The notes: generated by a model not told the origin, from the letters alone. 64,000 nt of DNA from Candidatus Cloacimonadales bacterium (GCA_963678315.1 OY782781.1:64001-128000), one strand, 5' to 3'. Numbered from the stretch's first letter, positions 18,840-27,915 are shown. Program-made: numbers and translations.

Positions 18840-21800
18840 TTAATCCACTAGTTCAGCAGCTATTAGTTCAGCTTGTTTCAATACCGTCTCTGTTGCTAGT
18901 TTTTGCATATCTGGTGGATAACCATATTTACGAAGTGTTCTTTTGATAATCACTTTCAATTTAGCTCTCACACTTTCTTTAATAGTCCAGTCTATAGAAG
19001 CATTCTGTCTGACTTTCTCGGTAAGTGCTACAGCTAGCTCTCTAAGCTTCTCTTGTAGCATCAATTCTCTTGCACTATCATTGTTGGCTACAGCTGTATA
19101 GAAAGCATATTCATAATCAGTTAAGCCCATATTCTTAGCTAGGTCATCAGCTTTGACAATTTCTTTACTCAGATTAATTAGTTCATCAATGACTTCAGCA
19201 GCAGTAAGTATCTTGTTCTGATACTTCCTAATGGTATTTTCTAACATTTCCATGAAGGATTTACTATTTACTAAATTCTTCTTAGCCCTAGTTTTAATCT
19301 CATCATTTAGAAGTTTTTTAAGGACTTCCATAGCAACATTCTTATGTTGCATATCTCTAAGTTCCTGCAAGAACTCTTCAGATAGTATTGATATATTAGG
19401 CTTCTTTATTCCAGCAGCATCAAAGACATCTATTACTTGATCTGTTACTAAGGCTTTATCAATAACCTGTCTAATTGTTGTTTCTAAGTCTTCATCAGAT
19501 TTCCCATTACTTGTAGTAGAGAATTTAGCTAGGCGAGCCTTGACAGCTTGGAAGAAAGAAACTTCTTCTTTAACATCCATTGCTTGCTCATGAGGTACAG
19601 CTATAGCAAATGCCTTTGAGAGAGCTGCTACTTCTTTTATAAATCTATTTTTCCCATCTTCAATGGTCAAGATGTGCTCTTCAGCTCCTAGGATTGTAGA
19701 CAGCTTTTTAGAAGTATCTGCTTCAAAATATTCTTCATAAGGGAAGCCATGGAACATCTGGGAAAGAACTTCCAACTTTTCTAGCATCAACTGAACTGCT
19801 TGTTCTTGTAAGATAGTAGGATCCCCTTTACCTCCAGCATCAGAATAGAAAGAAAGAGCTTGCTTTAAATCAGAAGCTATTCCTAGATAATCTACTATTA
19901 ATCCGCCTGGTTTATCCTTATAGACTCTATTTACTCTTGCTATAGCCTGCATTAGATTATGCCCTTTCATTGACTTATCTATGTAAAGGGTATGCAAACA
20001 AGGAACATCAAAGCCTGTTAGCCACATATCTCTGACAATAACCATCTTTAATTGGTCATTAGGATCTCGCATCCTATCAGCTAGCATCTTTCTTTCTTGC
20101 TTTGTTGTATGATGTTTTGCTATCTGAGGACCGTCAGCAGAAGCAGATGTCATTACAACTTTGATAGAACCTTTATCTAAATCATCAGAATGCCAATCTG
20201 GATTAAGGGCTACTATTTCATCATATAGTTTCGCTGCTATTCTTCGAGACATACATACAATCATGGCTTTACCAACAAAGACTTCTTGTCTCTGTTCAAA
20301 ATGACAAACAATATCTTTCGCTATTTTCTTTATTCTATTCTGAGATCCTATCAAAGCTTCTAAGGTTGCCCATTTGGCTTTTAACTGCTCACTTCTACTG
20401 TATTCAGCTAATTCTTCATCAACCTCTTGAATTAACTTCTTACCCTCTTCAGTCATGGCTATTTTAGCTAATCTACTTTCATAATAGATTTTAACAGTTG
20501 CTCCATCCTCTACTGCCTGTGCAATGTCATAAACATCAATATAGTTACCAAAGACAGCTGGAGTATTAATATCATTACTTTCAATAGGTGTACCTGTAAA
20601 GCCTATGTAGCTGGCATTAGGAAGAGCATCTCGCATATACTTGGCAAAGCCATAAACTATCTTCTTGCCAATCACATTACCAACAGAATCTTTTTCATCA
20701 ACTGTTTTAGGCTTGAATCCATACTGGGTTCTATGAGCTTCGTCTGCAATAACCACAATGTTATCTCTTTCTGATAAGGTTTCATAAACATTTCCATCTT
20801 CCGGTTGGAACTTCTGAATAGTAGAGAAGATTACTCCACCTGAAGCTACTTTCAAATACTCTTTTAAGACTTGTCTGTTATCTGCCTGCTTGGGAACTTG
20901 TCGCAATAACTGAGTGCAAGAAGCAAAGGTATCAAAGAGCTGATCATCAAGATCATTTCTATCTGTTATTATTAGAATAGTTGGATTGTTCAATGCTAAA
21001 ACTATCTTACCTGTATAAAATACCATAGAAAGAGATTTACCAGAACCCTGTGTATGCCAAACGACACCACTCTTTCTATCCCCAAGCTTTTGCTGTGATA
21101 CTCCCACAACACCATAAGATTCGGGAGATTCTTCCCATTTATCTAAGTCCCCTTTAGGGGATTTAGGGGCTAGGGATTTAGGGGCTAGGGATTTAGGGGC
21201 TAGGGAATTTGCAGCCCTTAAAGTAGATTGAACTGCCCTGTTAACAGCATAATACTGGTGGTATGCTGCCATCTTTTTAATTGTAGTAATGGTCGTAATG
21301 CCTGTCTTTGCATCTTCTTTCTTAGATTTCTCAAAAACAATAAAATGTCTTATCAAGTCTAATAAGGTTTCTTTATTTAGCATTCCCTTGATAAGTATTT
21401 CTAACTGACTTAGCAGATTAGAAGCCTCTTCCTTGCCATCTGCTGACCTCCAAGCCATAAAACGTGTAAATCCAGCAGATAAAGACCCTGCCTTTGCTTC
21501 CAAGCCATCAGAAACTATCATAAAGCCATTATAAGTAAATAGACTAGGAATTGTGCTTTTATAAGTCTGCAACTGCCGATAAGCAGATCTTACACTAGCA
21601 TTTTCATCAGCAGGATTTTTAAGCTCTATCACCACTAAAGGAAGACCATTTACAAATAGAATTACGTCAGGTCTTTTGGCTCCTAAATCCCCTAAATGGG
21701 ACTTGTATTTTACTGTGAATTGATTAGCTACCACAAAATCATTGTTTTCAGGATTAGCAAAGTCTATTAAATTTACTAAATCACCCCTTGAATGATTATC

Positions 21801-22109
21801 AAGCTGATATACTACCTTAATCCCCTCGGTTAACATCCTATGAAATTCTTCATTGTTGCTAATTAAATCAGGTGAATTTATCCTTTGAATCTCTTTTATT
21901 GCTTCTTCCAATACCTCTTTCGCTAAGTGAGGATTAATCCTTTCAGTTGCTTCTCTTAACCTATCCAAGAGTAACACCTGTTCATAACTTTCTCTTTCAG
22001 CTCTACTTGAATCTGGTCCAATGTCTGGTCCGTAAATGTATCGGTATCCTAATCTTTCTAACAACTTTATGCTAAAAGTTTCTATGGTTGATTCGGTTAG
22101 TTTAGTCAT
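18840..22109 (-). CDS. hsdR: Type I restriction enzyme R subunit, with two in-frame repeat insertions
   Basis: RPD..LFVNGLPLVVIELK nuclease motif, WHTQGSGKS, DEAHR, GFTGTP, MWLTGFD, QAIARVNR. Confidence 0.97.
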   Translation of the reverse strand: MTKLTESTIETFSIKLLERLGYRYIYGPDIGPDSSRAERESYEQVLLLDRLREATERINPHLAKEVLEEAIKEIQRINSPDLISNNEEFHRMLTEGIKVVYQLDNHSRGDLVNLIDFANPENNDFVVANQFTVKYKSHLGDLGAKRPDVILFVNGLPLVVIELKNPADENASVRSAYRQLQTYKSTIPSLFTYNGFMIVSDGLEAKAGSLSAGFTRFMAWRSADGKEEASNLLSQLEILIKGMLNKETLLDLIRHFIVFEKSKKEDAKTGITTITTIKKMAAYHQYYAVNRAVQSTLRAANSLAPKSLAPKSLAPKSPKGDLDKWEESPESYGVVGVSQQKLGDRKSGVVWHTQGSGKSLSMVFYTGKIVLALNNPTILIITDRNDLDDQLFDTFASCTQLLRQVPKQADNRQVLKEYLKVASGGVIFSTIQKFQPEDGNVYETLSERDNIVVIADEAHRTQYGFKPKTVDEKDSVGNVIGKKIVYGFAKYMRDALPNASYIGFTGTPIESNDINTPAVFGNYIDVYDIAQAVEDGATVKIYYESRLAKIAMTEEGKKLIQEVDEELAEYSRSEQLKAKWATLEALIGSQNRIKKIAKDIVCHFEQRQEVFVGKAMIVCMSRRIAAKLYDEIVALNPDWHSDDLDKGSIKVVMTSASADGPQIAKHHTTKQERKMLADRMRDPNDQLKMVIVRDMWLTGFDVPCLHTLYIDKSMKGHNLMQAIARVNRVYKDKPGGLIVDYLGIASDLKQALSFYSDAGGKGDPTILQEQAVQLMLEKLEVLSQMFHGFPYEEYFEADTSKKLSTILGAEEHILTIEDGKNRFIKEVAALSKAFAIAVPHEQAMDVKEEVSFFQAVKARLAKFSTTSNGKSDEDLETTIRQVIDKALVTDQVIDVFDAAGIKKPNISILSEEFLQELRDMQHKNVAMEVLKKLLNDEIKTRAKKNLVNSKSFMEMLENTIRKYQNKILTAAEVIDELINLSKEIVKADDLAKNMGLTDYEYAFYTAVANNDSARELMLQEKLRELAVALTEKVRQNASIDWTIKESVRAKLKVIIKRTLRKYGYPPDMQKLATETVLKQAELIAAELVD
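21145..21206. repeat. Coding palindromic repeat family P inside hsdR ([19 protein letters not shown])
   Basis: AAGTCCCCTTTAGGGGATTTAGGGGC followed by tandem 15-bp TAGGGATTTAGGGGC units. Confidence 0.95.
21679..21704. repeat. Family P repeat inside hsdR, opposite orientation (KSHLGDLGA)
   Basis: GCTCCTAAATCCCCTAAATGGGACTT, 2 mismatches to the 26-bp consensus. Confidence 0.9.
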
Positions 22110-22118
22110 AGATAACTC

Positions 22119-23813
22119 TTATTTATGTGTGTTCTCAAATTGGATTTTCCAGATAGAAGTAGCATTTTTAGCCATCCATTGTTGGCGACTTACAATTTCA
22201 TCTGGACCCCAATCATCATAATATTTTGCAACACCAGATGTAGTTTTGAACATAGATTCTTTTAAAATATCTTTTTTTTCAGTGTAAGGTAAATTTTGAA
22301 TATCATTGTTTTTCCCTTTTTCTAAAAGAGAAAGATTCCCTAATCTATATTTGTATTTATCAATAATATTATCATCTATATCCCAACTATCATCTGGGTT
22401 TTGTGGTAATATGTGTTCTATTGTATTCGTTTCACTTGTAAAATCATATGCCACATTAGCTACACAATTCTCTAAACTGATTAAAATATATTTTATGACC
22501 TTTCTATTTCTAGAGTTGTTTCTTAATTCTTTATTAGTAAAACTAATTTTAAACTCATCATCTGATGGATATATTTCTTTAAAATCAGATAAACTAAAAT
22601 CACCTGTATTTTCGATAGAAACTGCAATTTTATTAAATACGCCCTCTTGGTCATTTGGATTTAATCCACCAATGATATTATAACGCATATATATTACAGT
22701 AGTAATTCTTAGTATTTTTTTGAAGTCATCCTCATCTAGCTTATTGTAAGCAGATATTAACAAAGAAATTGGTTGTTTTGCTCCAAATATTTTTAGTTCA
22801 GTTAAACTTTTTACAATTTCTTTCTTACCTTGCCATAATTCATCATTAGGGTTTTGAAGAGCTACAAATATATCAGCTTTTTCTACTAAATCTCTTAACA
22901 ATTCGAAAACATCTTTTTTAGTGGAAATGTTTCTTTTAATAACCTTAAAAAGATCATTCTTCCTAACAGTTTTATTTTTACTATTCCAATAGTAGCGTAA
23001 ATATTCTTGTATCTTTAAGTTACCTAATTTTGTAAAGATTTGCTCCCAATATAACTCAAGTTGTGTAAAATCTTCCCTATGAGCCCCAACTGGATCAGTG
23101 TCAACAGTCGAAAATAAGTAGTTTTTTAGTAAATCTGAAGAAGATAATTGCACTCCTCGAGCATTAAGAGTTTCGAATACCTTATATGCATTAAGCTCGT
23201 CTCCTACAGTAATTACAGTAAAGAATAATTGATCTACAATTTTATCTATAAATTTAGTTAACTCTTGACCTGTTTTAAAATGAGATAACCTCTTAGAAAA
23301 CCATTCAAAACAAGCTCGCATAAGTTTTTCAGAAGAGTTTGTCCCTCTTTGTGGTATTTTTTCAAGAGGAACAATATAAGCTCTGTAAAACTTATCGTTA
23401 TTGTGATTGAGTTTAAGTTTATTCTGAGGTACTAATGTAACTGGATCAAGATAACCAATATAACTATTCTGGAGTTGTTCTCTACGTTTTCTATTACTTT
23501 CAGGGTCAACACCTTTTTCTTCAAGTTCCTTGAGATGTTTTAATGTCGCTATAATTAATAATGACATTGTTGTAATTCTTTGCTGACCATCGATTATTTT
23601 ATGTTGTTTATTATCCTTAGTTTGCAGAACTAAATATCCCATATAATGATATTTTTCTGTTCCCTTATATAAATCATCTAAATCTTGCCATAAATCATCC
23701 CAGTTTTCTGTCTCCCATGAATAATCACGTTGAAATTTTGGTACAACATAGGTTAAACCATTTCCTAGTATTTTCCGAAAGGTTAAAGTCGAAGTATCTC
23801 TGATTCCATCCAT
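22119..23813 (-). CDS. GmrSD-family DUF262 + DUF1524 (HNH) modification-dependent nuclease
   Basis: PKFQRDYSW, IIDGQQR, FETLNARG (DUF262); IEHILPQ, GNLSLL...N (DUF1524). Confidence 0.92.
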   Translation of the reverse strand: MDGIRDTSTLTFRKILGNGLTYVVPKFQRDYSWETENWDDLWQDLDDLYKGTEKYHYMGYLVLQTKDNKQHKIIDGQQRITTMSLLIIATLKHLKELEEKGVDPESNRKRREQLQNSYIGYLDPVTLVPQNKLKLNHNNDKFYRAYIVPLEKIPQRGTNSSEKLMRACFEWFSKRLSHFKTGQELTKFIDKIVDQLFFTVITVGDELNAYKVFETLNARGVQLSSSDLLKNYLFSTVDTDPVGAHREDFTQLELYWEQIFTKLGNLKIQEYLRYYWNSKNKTVRKNDLFKVIKRNISTKKDVFELLRDLVEKADIFVALQNPNDELWQGKKEIVKSLTELKIFGAKQPISLLISAYNKLDEDDFKKILRITTVIYMRYNIIGGLNPNDQEGVFNKIAVSIENTGDFSLSDFKEIYPSDDEFKISFTNKELRNNSRNRKVIKYILISLENCVANVAYDFTSETNTIEHILPQNPDDSWDIDDNIIDKYKYRLGNLSLLEKGKNNDIQNLPYTEKKDILKESMFKTTSGVAKYYDDWGPDEIVSRQQWMAKNATSIWKIQFENTHK

Positions 23814-23814
23814 T

Positions 23815-25230
23815 TTAAAGCCCCTTTCTCTTTTGATTTGTTTCTCTATATATTCTCACTTCTCCACTCATTAGTTTTGGTAATAAACCTTTTCTAAGAT
23901 TGATAAGTGTATTGATTTCTTTCGTATTAATAATGATTTTTAAATCTAGTTGATTAACTTCATTTTGAAACTTATCAATTATATTTATACTTGGAATAGT
24001 AACTTTAAGCTCCGATAAATCCTTTTTATTTATTGAACCAAATACTGTTCCTTCATCATTAAACTTTCCTATTTCATGTAATAATGACCTAAGTTTGTAA
24101 TAGCAATAGGTATAGTATTTTGGGTTATCTTTATAACGCAACCTAGCCACTCCACGACCTATACAGCACCTTTCTTCTGACATATTTAGAGCTCCTACAG
24201 GTGCACGAACACTAACCAATGTATCAAACTGCTCAGCTATTCTTTTAGGTTCAACAGTAAATACTCTTCTTTTGGGAAACCTGAAACCAAAATCAGCATT
24301 ACCTTGATACATTGGAATACCTATTCCACTCTTGTTAAATGAAGTTCCCTGTGGTGATTGCCCCATTAAAACATCAAATTCATTCCCTAATTTTCCCTCT
24401 TCCCAACTCTCATCTCTCTCCTCAATAAACCACTGCCTAAATAGTGTTTCAGCCATCTCTTCTAAAGTCTTGTTCTGTCTGTGAAGTAAATCTATCTTAT
24501 CATCTAAACTAGATAATACTTCTGCTATGGCTTTTTGCTCGGGAAGGGGTGGTAACATAAAAGATTGATCATAAACAGTATTCCTATTTAATCCTGGGAC
24601 AGCACTATCACTATTCAAATCATTTAATCCTAAAGTTTGTAAAAGATAATACATAAAATTAAAATTGAATTTTTCATCATTAGCTAAAATATAATAAACT
24701 GTATCAATACAGTAAAAAGGTGATTCAGATTTATAAACGGTCCCAATTGTGCCTTTTCTACCTACAATTATCCCCCTAGAATTGACTAAAGGTTCATTAT
24801 GATAACCTGTTATACCGGCTGAACTATAAACAGGAATATCGCCTATAATTCGTTTATTAGCAACTAAACTTTTCCCATAATATAAATTAATGATTTCACC
24901 AAGCTTAACCTCTTTCCACTCCTCTTTTCTTTGAAAGATAACTTTTCCTTTTGTTTGGATATGTTTTTTAAGTTCAGGAGATTGAATAGTATTATAGGCT
25001 ATAATATCGAAGAAGAAGGGTAAGTAAGTTTCTTCTTCCAAGTGATCTTTAATTTTTGCAGAGAGGAGTAAATCACATTTTTCGCCTATGAGAGCGATAT
25101 CCACATCGGAAGCTTCTTTAAAGGTGTTTATAGCACGAGAGCCGAAGATTATAGCTTTATCTACTTCTTGATAGGAAGAGATGATTGCTATAATTTCTTG
25201 CACTTGCTTTTCTGTTAATCCGTATTTCAT
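23815..25230 (-). CDS. hsdS: Minimal nucleotidyltransferase (MNT) fused to type I R-M specificity subunit
   Basis: aa 1-100 contain FGSRA...SDVDIAL (GSx10DxD). They are followed by EWKEVKLGE, LPPLPEQKAIAEVLSSLDDKI, a second TRD and LLPKLMSGE. Confidence 0.92.
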   Translation of the reverse strand: MKYGLTEKQVQEIIAIISSYQEVDKAIIFGSRAINTFKEASDVDIALIGEKCDLLLSAKIKDHLEEETYLPFFFDIIAYNTIQSPELKKHIQTKGKVIFQRKEEWKEVKLGEIINLYYGKSLVANKRIIGDIPVYSSAGITGYHNEPLVNSRGIIVGRKGTIGTVYKSESPFYCIDTVYYILANDEKFNFNFMYYLLQTLGLNDLNSDSAVPGLNRNTVYDQSFMLPPLPEQKAIAEVLSSLDDKIDLLHRQNKTLEEMAETLFRQWFIEERDESWEEGKLGNEFDVLMGQSPQGTSFNKSGIGIPMYQGNADFGFRFPKRRVFTVEPKRIAEQFDTLVSVRAPVGALNMSEERCCIGRGVARLRYKDNPKYYTYCYYKLRSLLHEIGKFNDEGTVFGSINKKDLSELKVTIPSINIIDKFQNEVNQLDLKIIINTKEINTLINLRKGLLPKLMSGEVRIYRETNQKRKGL

Positions 25231-25631
25231 AGTTCTTTTTTTAAGCTATGGTAGAGGTCTCTAGTGATGGGATAGAAATCATTTATTACAAAGTTTAAAG
25301 TTTGCAGGAGAATTTTCTCGTCATAGATATGGCTTGTTAGGTTTCTAAGTTGGAGAGCTTGCATCCAGGATTCAGCATCAGTTATCAGTTCATCTTGAAA
25401 GGCTTGTCTAATAGCCTGTTTTCCATTTTTTACATTATCATAGCCTTGGTTCTCTAGATAATCTTTGATTACTTTCCATGATAACTCAATTAGCATTTCA
25501 AAACGTTGGATTATCCCTTCTTTTTCTAATTTACTAAAGGATTCAATATCTTTTTGAGCAACTTCATCTAAGAGAAGGAAGGCTTTTTCAAAGTTTTGAA
25601 AGCGTTGTTTCCAGCGAATATCGTTATTCAT
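25227..25631 (-). CDS. HEPN-family protein (HI0074-like), HepT-type toxin candidate
   Basis: RWKQRF, EGIIQRFE...ELSWK, RNLTSHIYDE (Rx4HxY); ATGA overlap with the MNT-hsdS gene. Confidence 0.9.
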   Translation of the reverse strand: MNNDIRWKQRFQNFEKAFLLLDEVAQKDIESFSKLEKEGIIQRFEMLIELSWKVIKDYLENQGYDNVKNGKQAIRQAFQDELITDAESWMQALQLRNLTSHIYDEKILLQTLNFVINDFYPITRDLYHSLKKEL

Positions 25632-25704
25632 TTATAGCTCCTATAACTAATTTTAGTTAATAGTTCTTTATGTTTAGTGGTCACAATTTGTGACCAGTTA
25701 TAAG

Positions 25705-27915
25705 TTAATTATTATTTTCATCCTCAGGCATCTTTACTTTTGCTAAATTCTCTAAGATTCTCTTATTAAGTTCATCTTCTTCTTTTAACTGCTCTAGAAA
25801 TTCAGCTTTTAGTTTAGTAAATCTTTCTACAAAATCAAAATCATCATCTTCTTCAGCAAGTCCTACATAACGACCTGGAGTGAGAACATAATCAAGTTCT
25901 TTAACTTGATCTATGCTTGCAGATTTACAAAAGCCAGGAATATCACAATAAAGCCCAGCCCCTAAATCCCCTAAAGGGGACTTTAAAGAAGATCCTAAAT
26001 CCCCTAAAGGGGACTTTAAAGAAGATCCTAAATCCCCTAAAGGGGTCTTTAAAGAAGATCCTAAATCCCCTAAAGGGGACTTAAAAGGGGACTTTGAAGA
26101 AGGTTTTAAAAGTTCTTTTTTGATTTTATCTACAACTGTTTTCAGACTGTTTAAAACTTCTTCGTTACTAAAGCGAATAACTTTATATCCATGTTTTTCT
26201 AGTACTTGAGTTCTTTCAGCATCTGCTTCTTGTTGCTTTTCATGAATTTTTCCATCAACTTCAATAATTAAGGATTTTTCAAGGCTACAGAAATCTACAA
26301 TATAGCGATTTATCACATGCTGTTGTCTAAATTTCACACCAAGCTGCTTATTTCTTAATTGCTCCCATAAAACACTTTCTGCTACAGTTGGATTATTACG
26401 CATTTCAATTGCCTTTTCTTTCATTATACTATACAAAGCAGGATCAGCTGAATTAATAACTGATGGCTTTAGTCTTCCAAAGTCCCCTTTAAAGCCCTCT
26501 TTCTCAAAGTCCCCTTTAGGGGATTTAGGGGCTGCCCTCTTCCACTTTCTATAAGTTTCGGCAATTTCCAGTATGTCTTCATGTGATAATTCTTTAGTTC
26601 TGCGATTGATTAAGTGCCCCATATTACGGGCATCAATAAAGAGGATTCTTCCTCTCAAGTCCCCTTTCTTAAAGTCCCCTTTAGGGGATTTAGGGGCTTG
26701 GGATTTAGGGGCTTGGGATTTAGGGGCTTGGGATTTAGGGGCTTGGGATTTAGGGGCTGGCCTTTTCCTCACAAACCAAAGAGACGCAGGTATTTGAGTA
26801 TTTAAGAATAGTTTAGCAGGTAGATTAACCACGCACTCAATCAAGCCAGCTTCGATAAGTTCTTTTCTGATATCACCTTCCCCAGAAGTTTTGGAAGTAA
26901 GTGAGCCTTTAGCTAGGACAAATCCTGCTAAGCCATTAGGTGCGAGATGATAGATAAAGTGTTGAATCCAAGCATAGTTAGCATTTCCAGCAGGAGGTGT
27001 ACCATATTTCCAGCGACCATCATTGCTTAGTAATTCTCCGCTCCAATCACTTACATTAAAAGGGGGATTGGCTATAATATAGTCAGCTTTTAAATCCTTA
27101 TGAGCATCATTTAAAAAAGAACCTTCATTATTCCATTTGACCTGAGAAGAATCAATTCCTCTGATAGCTAGGTTCATTTTGCAAAGTCGCCAGGTTGTTT
27201 GATTACTTTCTTGTCCATAGATAGAAATATCGTTTATTTTGCCTTGATGTTGGGAAATGAATTTATCTGATTGAACAAACATACCACCAGAACCACAGCA
27301 AGGGTCAAAGACTCTACCTTTGTAGGGTTCAAGCATTTCGACTAGGAGTTCAACAACAGACCTTGGAGTATAGAATTGTCCTCCTTTTTTACCTTCTGCT
27401 AAAGCAAATTCTCCTAAAAAATACTCAAAAACATGTCCTAAAACATCAGCACTTCTTGATTTTGCATCTCCTAAAGCTATATTACCGATTAAATCTATTA
27501 GTTCACCTAATTTTGTTGGATCTAAGTTCTGTCTGGCATAAACTTTTGGAAGAACTCCTTTAAGGGAGGAGTTTTCTTTTTCAATAGCATCCATAGCATC
27601 ATCAACTATCTTGCCTATTGTTGGGTCTTTTGCACTTGCTAAGAGATAGTTCCATCGTGCTTTGCTAGGAACAAAGAAGACATTTTCAGCCTTGTATTCA
27701 TCCCTATCTTCAGGATCAGCTCCTTCATATTCACCTTGACCAGCAAGTAATTTTTCATACAATTCTTCAAAAGCATCGGATATATATTTTAGGAAGACCA
27801 GTCCAAGAACAACATGTTTATATTCTGCTGCATCAATATTCTTTCTAAGCTTATCAGCAGATTTCCATAATTGTTTTTCGATTGCTTCTTCTTTAATCTC
27901 TTTCTTTTTAGCCAT
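25705..27915 (-). CDS. hsdM: Type I R-M methyltransferase subunit containing an in-frame DUF559 nuclease cassette
   Basis: [28 protein letters not shown]; 736 aa owing to insertions. Confidence 0.96.
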   Translation of the reverse strand: MAKKKEIKEEAIEKQLWKSADKLRKNIDAAEYKHVVLGLVFLKYISDAFEELYEKLLAGQGEYEGADPEDRDEYKAENVFFVPSKARWNYLLASAKDPTIGKIVDDAMDAIEKENSSLKGVLPKVYARQNLDPTKLGELIDLIGNIALGDAKSRSADVLGHVFEYFLGEFALAEGKKGGQFYTPRSVVELLVEMLEPYKGRVFDPCCGSGGMFVQSDKFISQHQGKINDISIYGQESNQTTWRLCKMNLAIRGIDSSQVKWNNEGSFLNDAHKDLKADYIIANPPFNVSDWSGELLSNDGRWKYGTPPAGNANYAWIQHFIYHLAPNGLAGFVLAKGSLTSKTSGEGDIRKELIEAGLIECVVNLPAKLFLNTQIPASLWFVRKRPAPKSQAPKSQAPKSQAPKSQAPKSPKGDFKKGDLRGRILFIDARNMGHLINRRTKELSHEDILEIAETYRKWKRAAPKSPKGDFEKEGFKGDFGRLKPSVINSADPALYSIMKEKAIEMRNNPTVAESVLWEQLRNKQLGVKFRQQHVINRYIVDFCSLEKSLIIEVDGKIHEKQQEADAERTQVLEKHGYKVIRFSNEEVLNSLKTVVDKIKKELLKPSSKSPFKSPLGDLGSSLKTPLGDLGSSLKSPLGDLGSSLKSPLGDLGAGLYCDIPGFCKSASIDQVKELDYVLTPGRYVGLAEEDDDFDFVERFTKLKAEFLEQLKEEDELNKRILENLAKVKMPEDENNN
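25956..26534 (-). mobile_element. Putative in-frame mobile cassette: DUF559 (Vsr-like PD-(D/E)xK) endonuclease between 29-bp perfect inverted repeats
   Basis: 25956-25984 CAGCCCCTAAATCCCCTAAAGGGGACTTT is the exact reverse complement of 26506-26534; 579 bp = 193 codons; contains [38 protein letters not shown]...L...GY.VIRF.N. Confidence 0.7.
25961..26094. repeat. Tandem 33-bp family P units ([11 protein letters not shown], 4 copies, the last partial)
   Basis: CCTAAATCCCCTAAAGGGGACTTTAAAGAAGAT starting at 25961, 25994, 26027 and 26060. Confidence 0.95.
26657..26758. repeat. Family P repeat with 15-bp tandem expansion inside hsdM (APKSQ x4, [14 protein letters not shown])
   Basis: Full 26-mer at 26672-26697 plus four TTGGGATTTAGGGGC units. 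Confidence 0.95.

Noticed and set aside
25961..26094. Palindromic direct repeats resembling a CRISPR array
   Set aside because: Intervening sequences are identical and only ~10 nt, the array is translated within hsdM, and no cas genes are present.
25956..26534. Intein or self-splicing intron in hsdM
   Set aside because: No N-terminal C/S block A, no HN-C/S/T end, no LAGLIDADG, and no group I/II intron hallmarks.
25953..26537. GCCC as a 4-bp target-site duplication around the cassette
   Set aside because: Removing the element plus one copy (581 bp) would break the hsdM frame; likely chance.
26573..26805. Antisense ORFs 26573..26797 and 26614..26805
   Set aside because: They are stop-free by-products of the 15-bp tandem repeat opposite hsdM.
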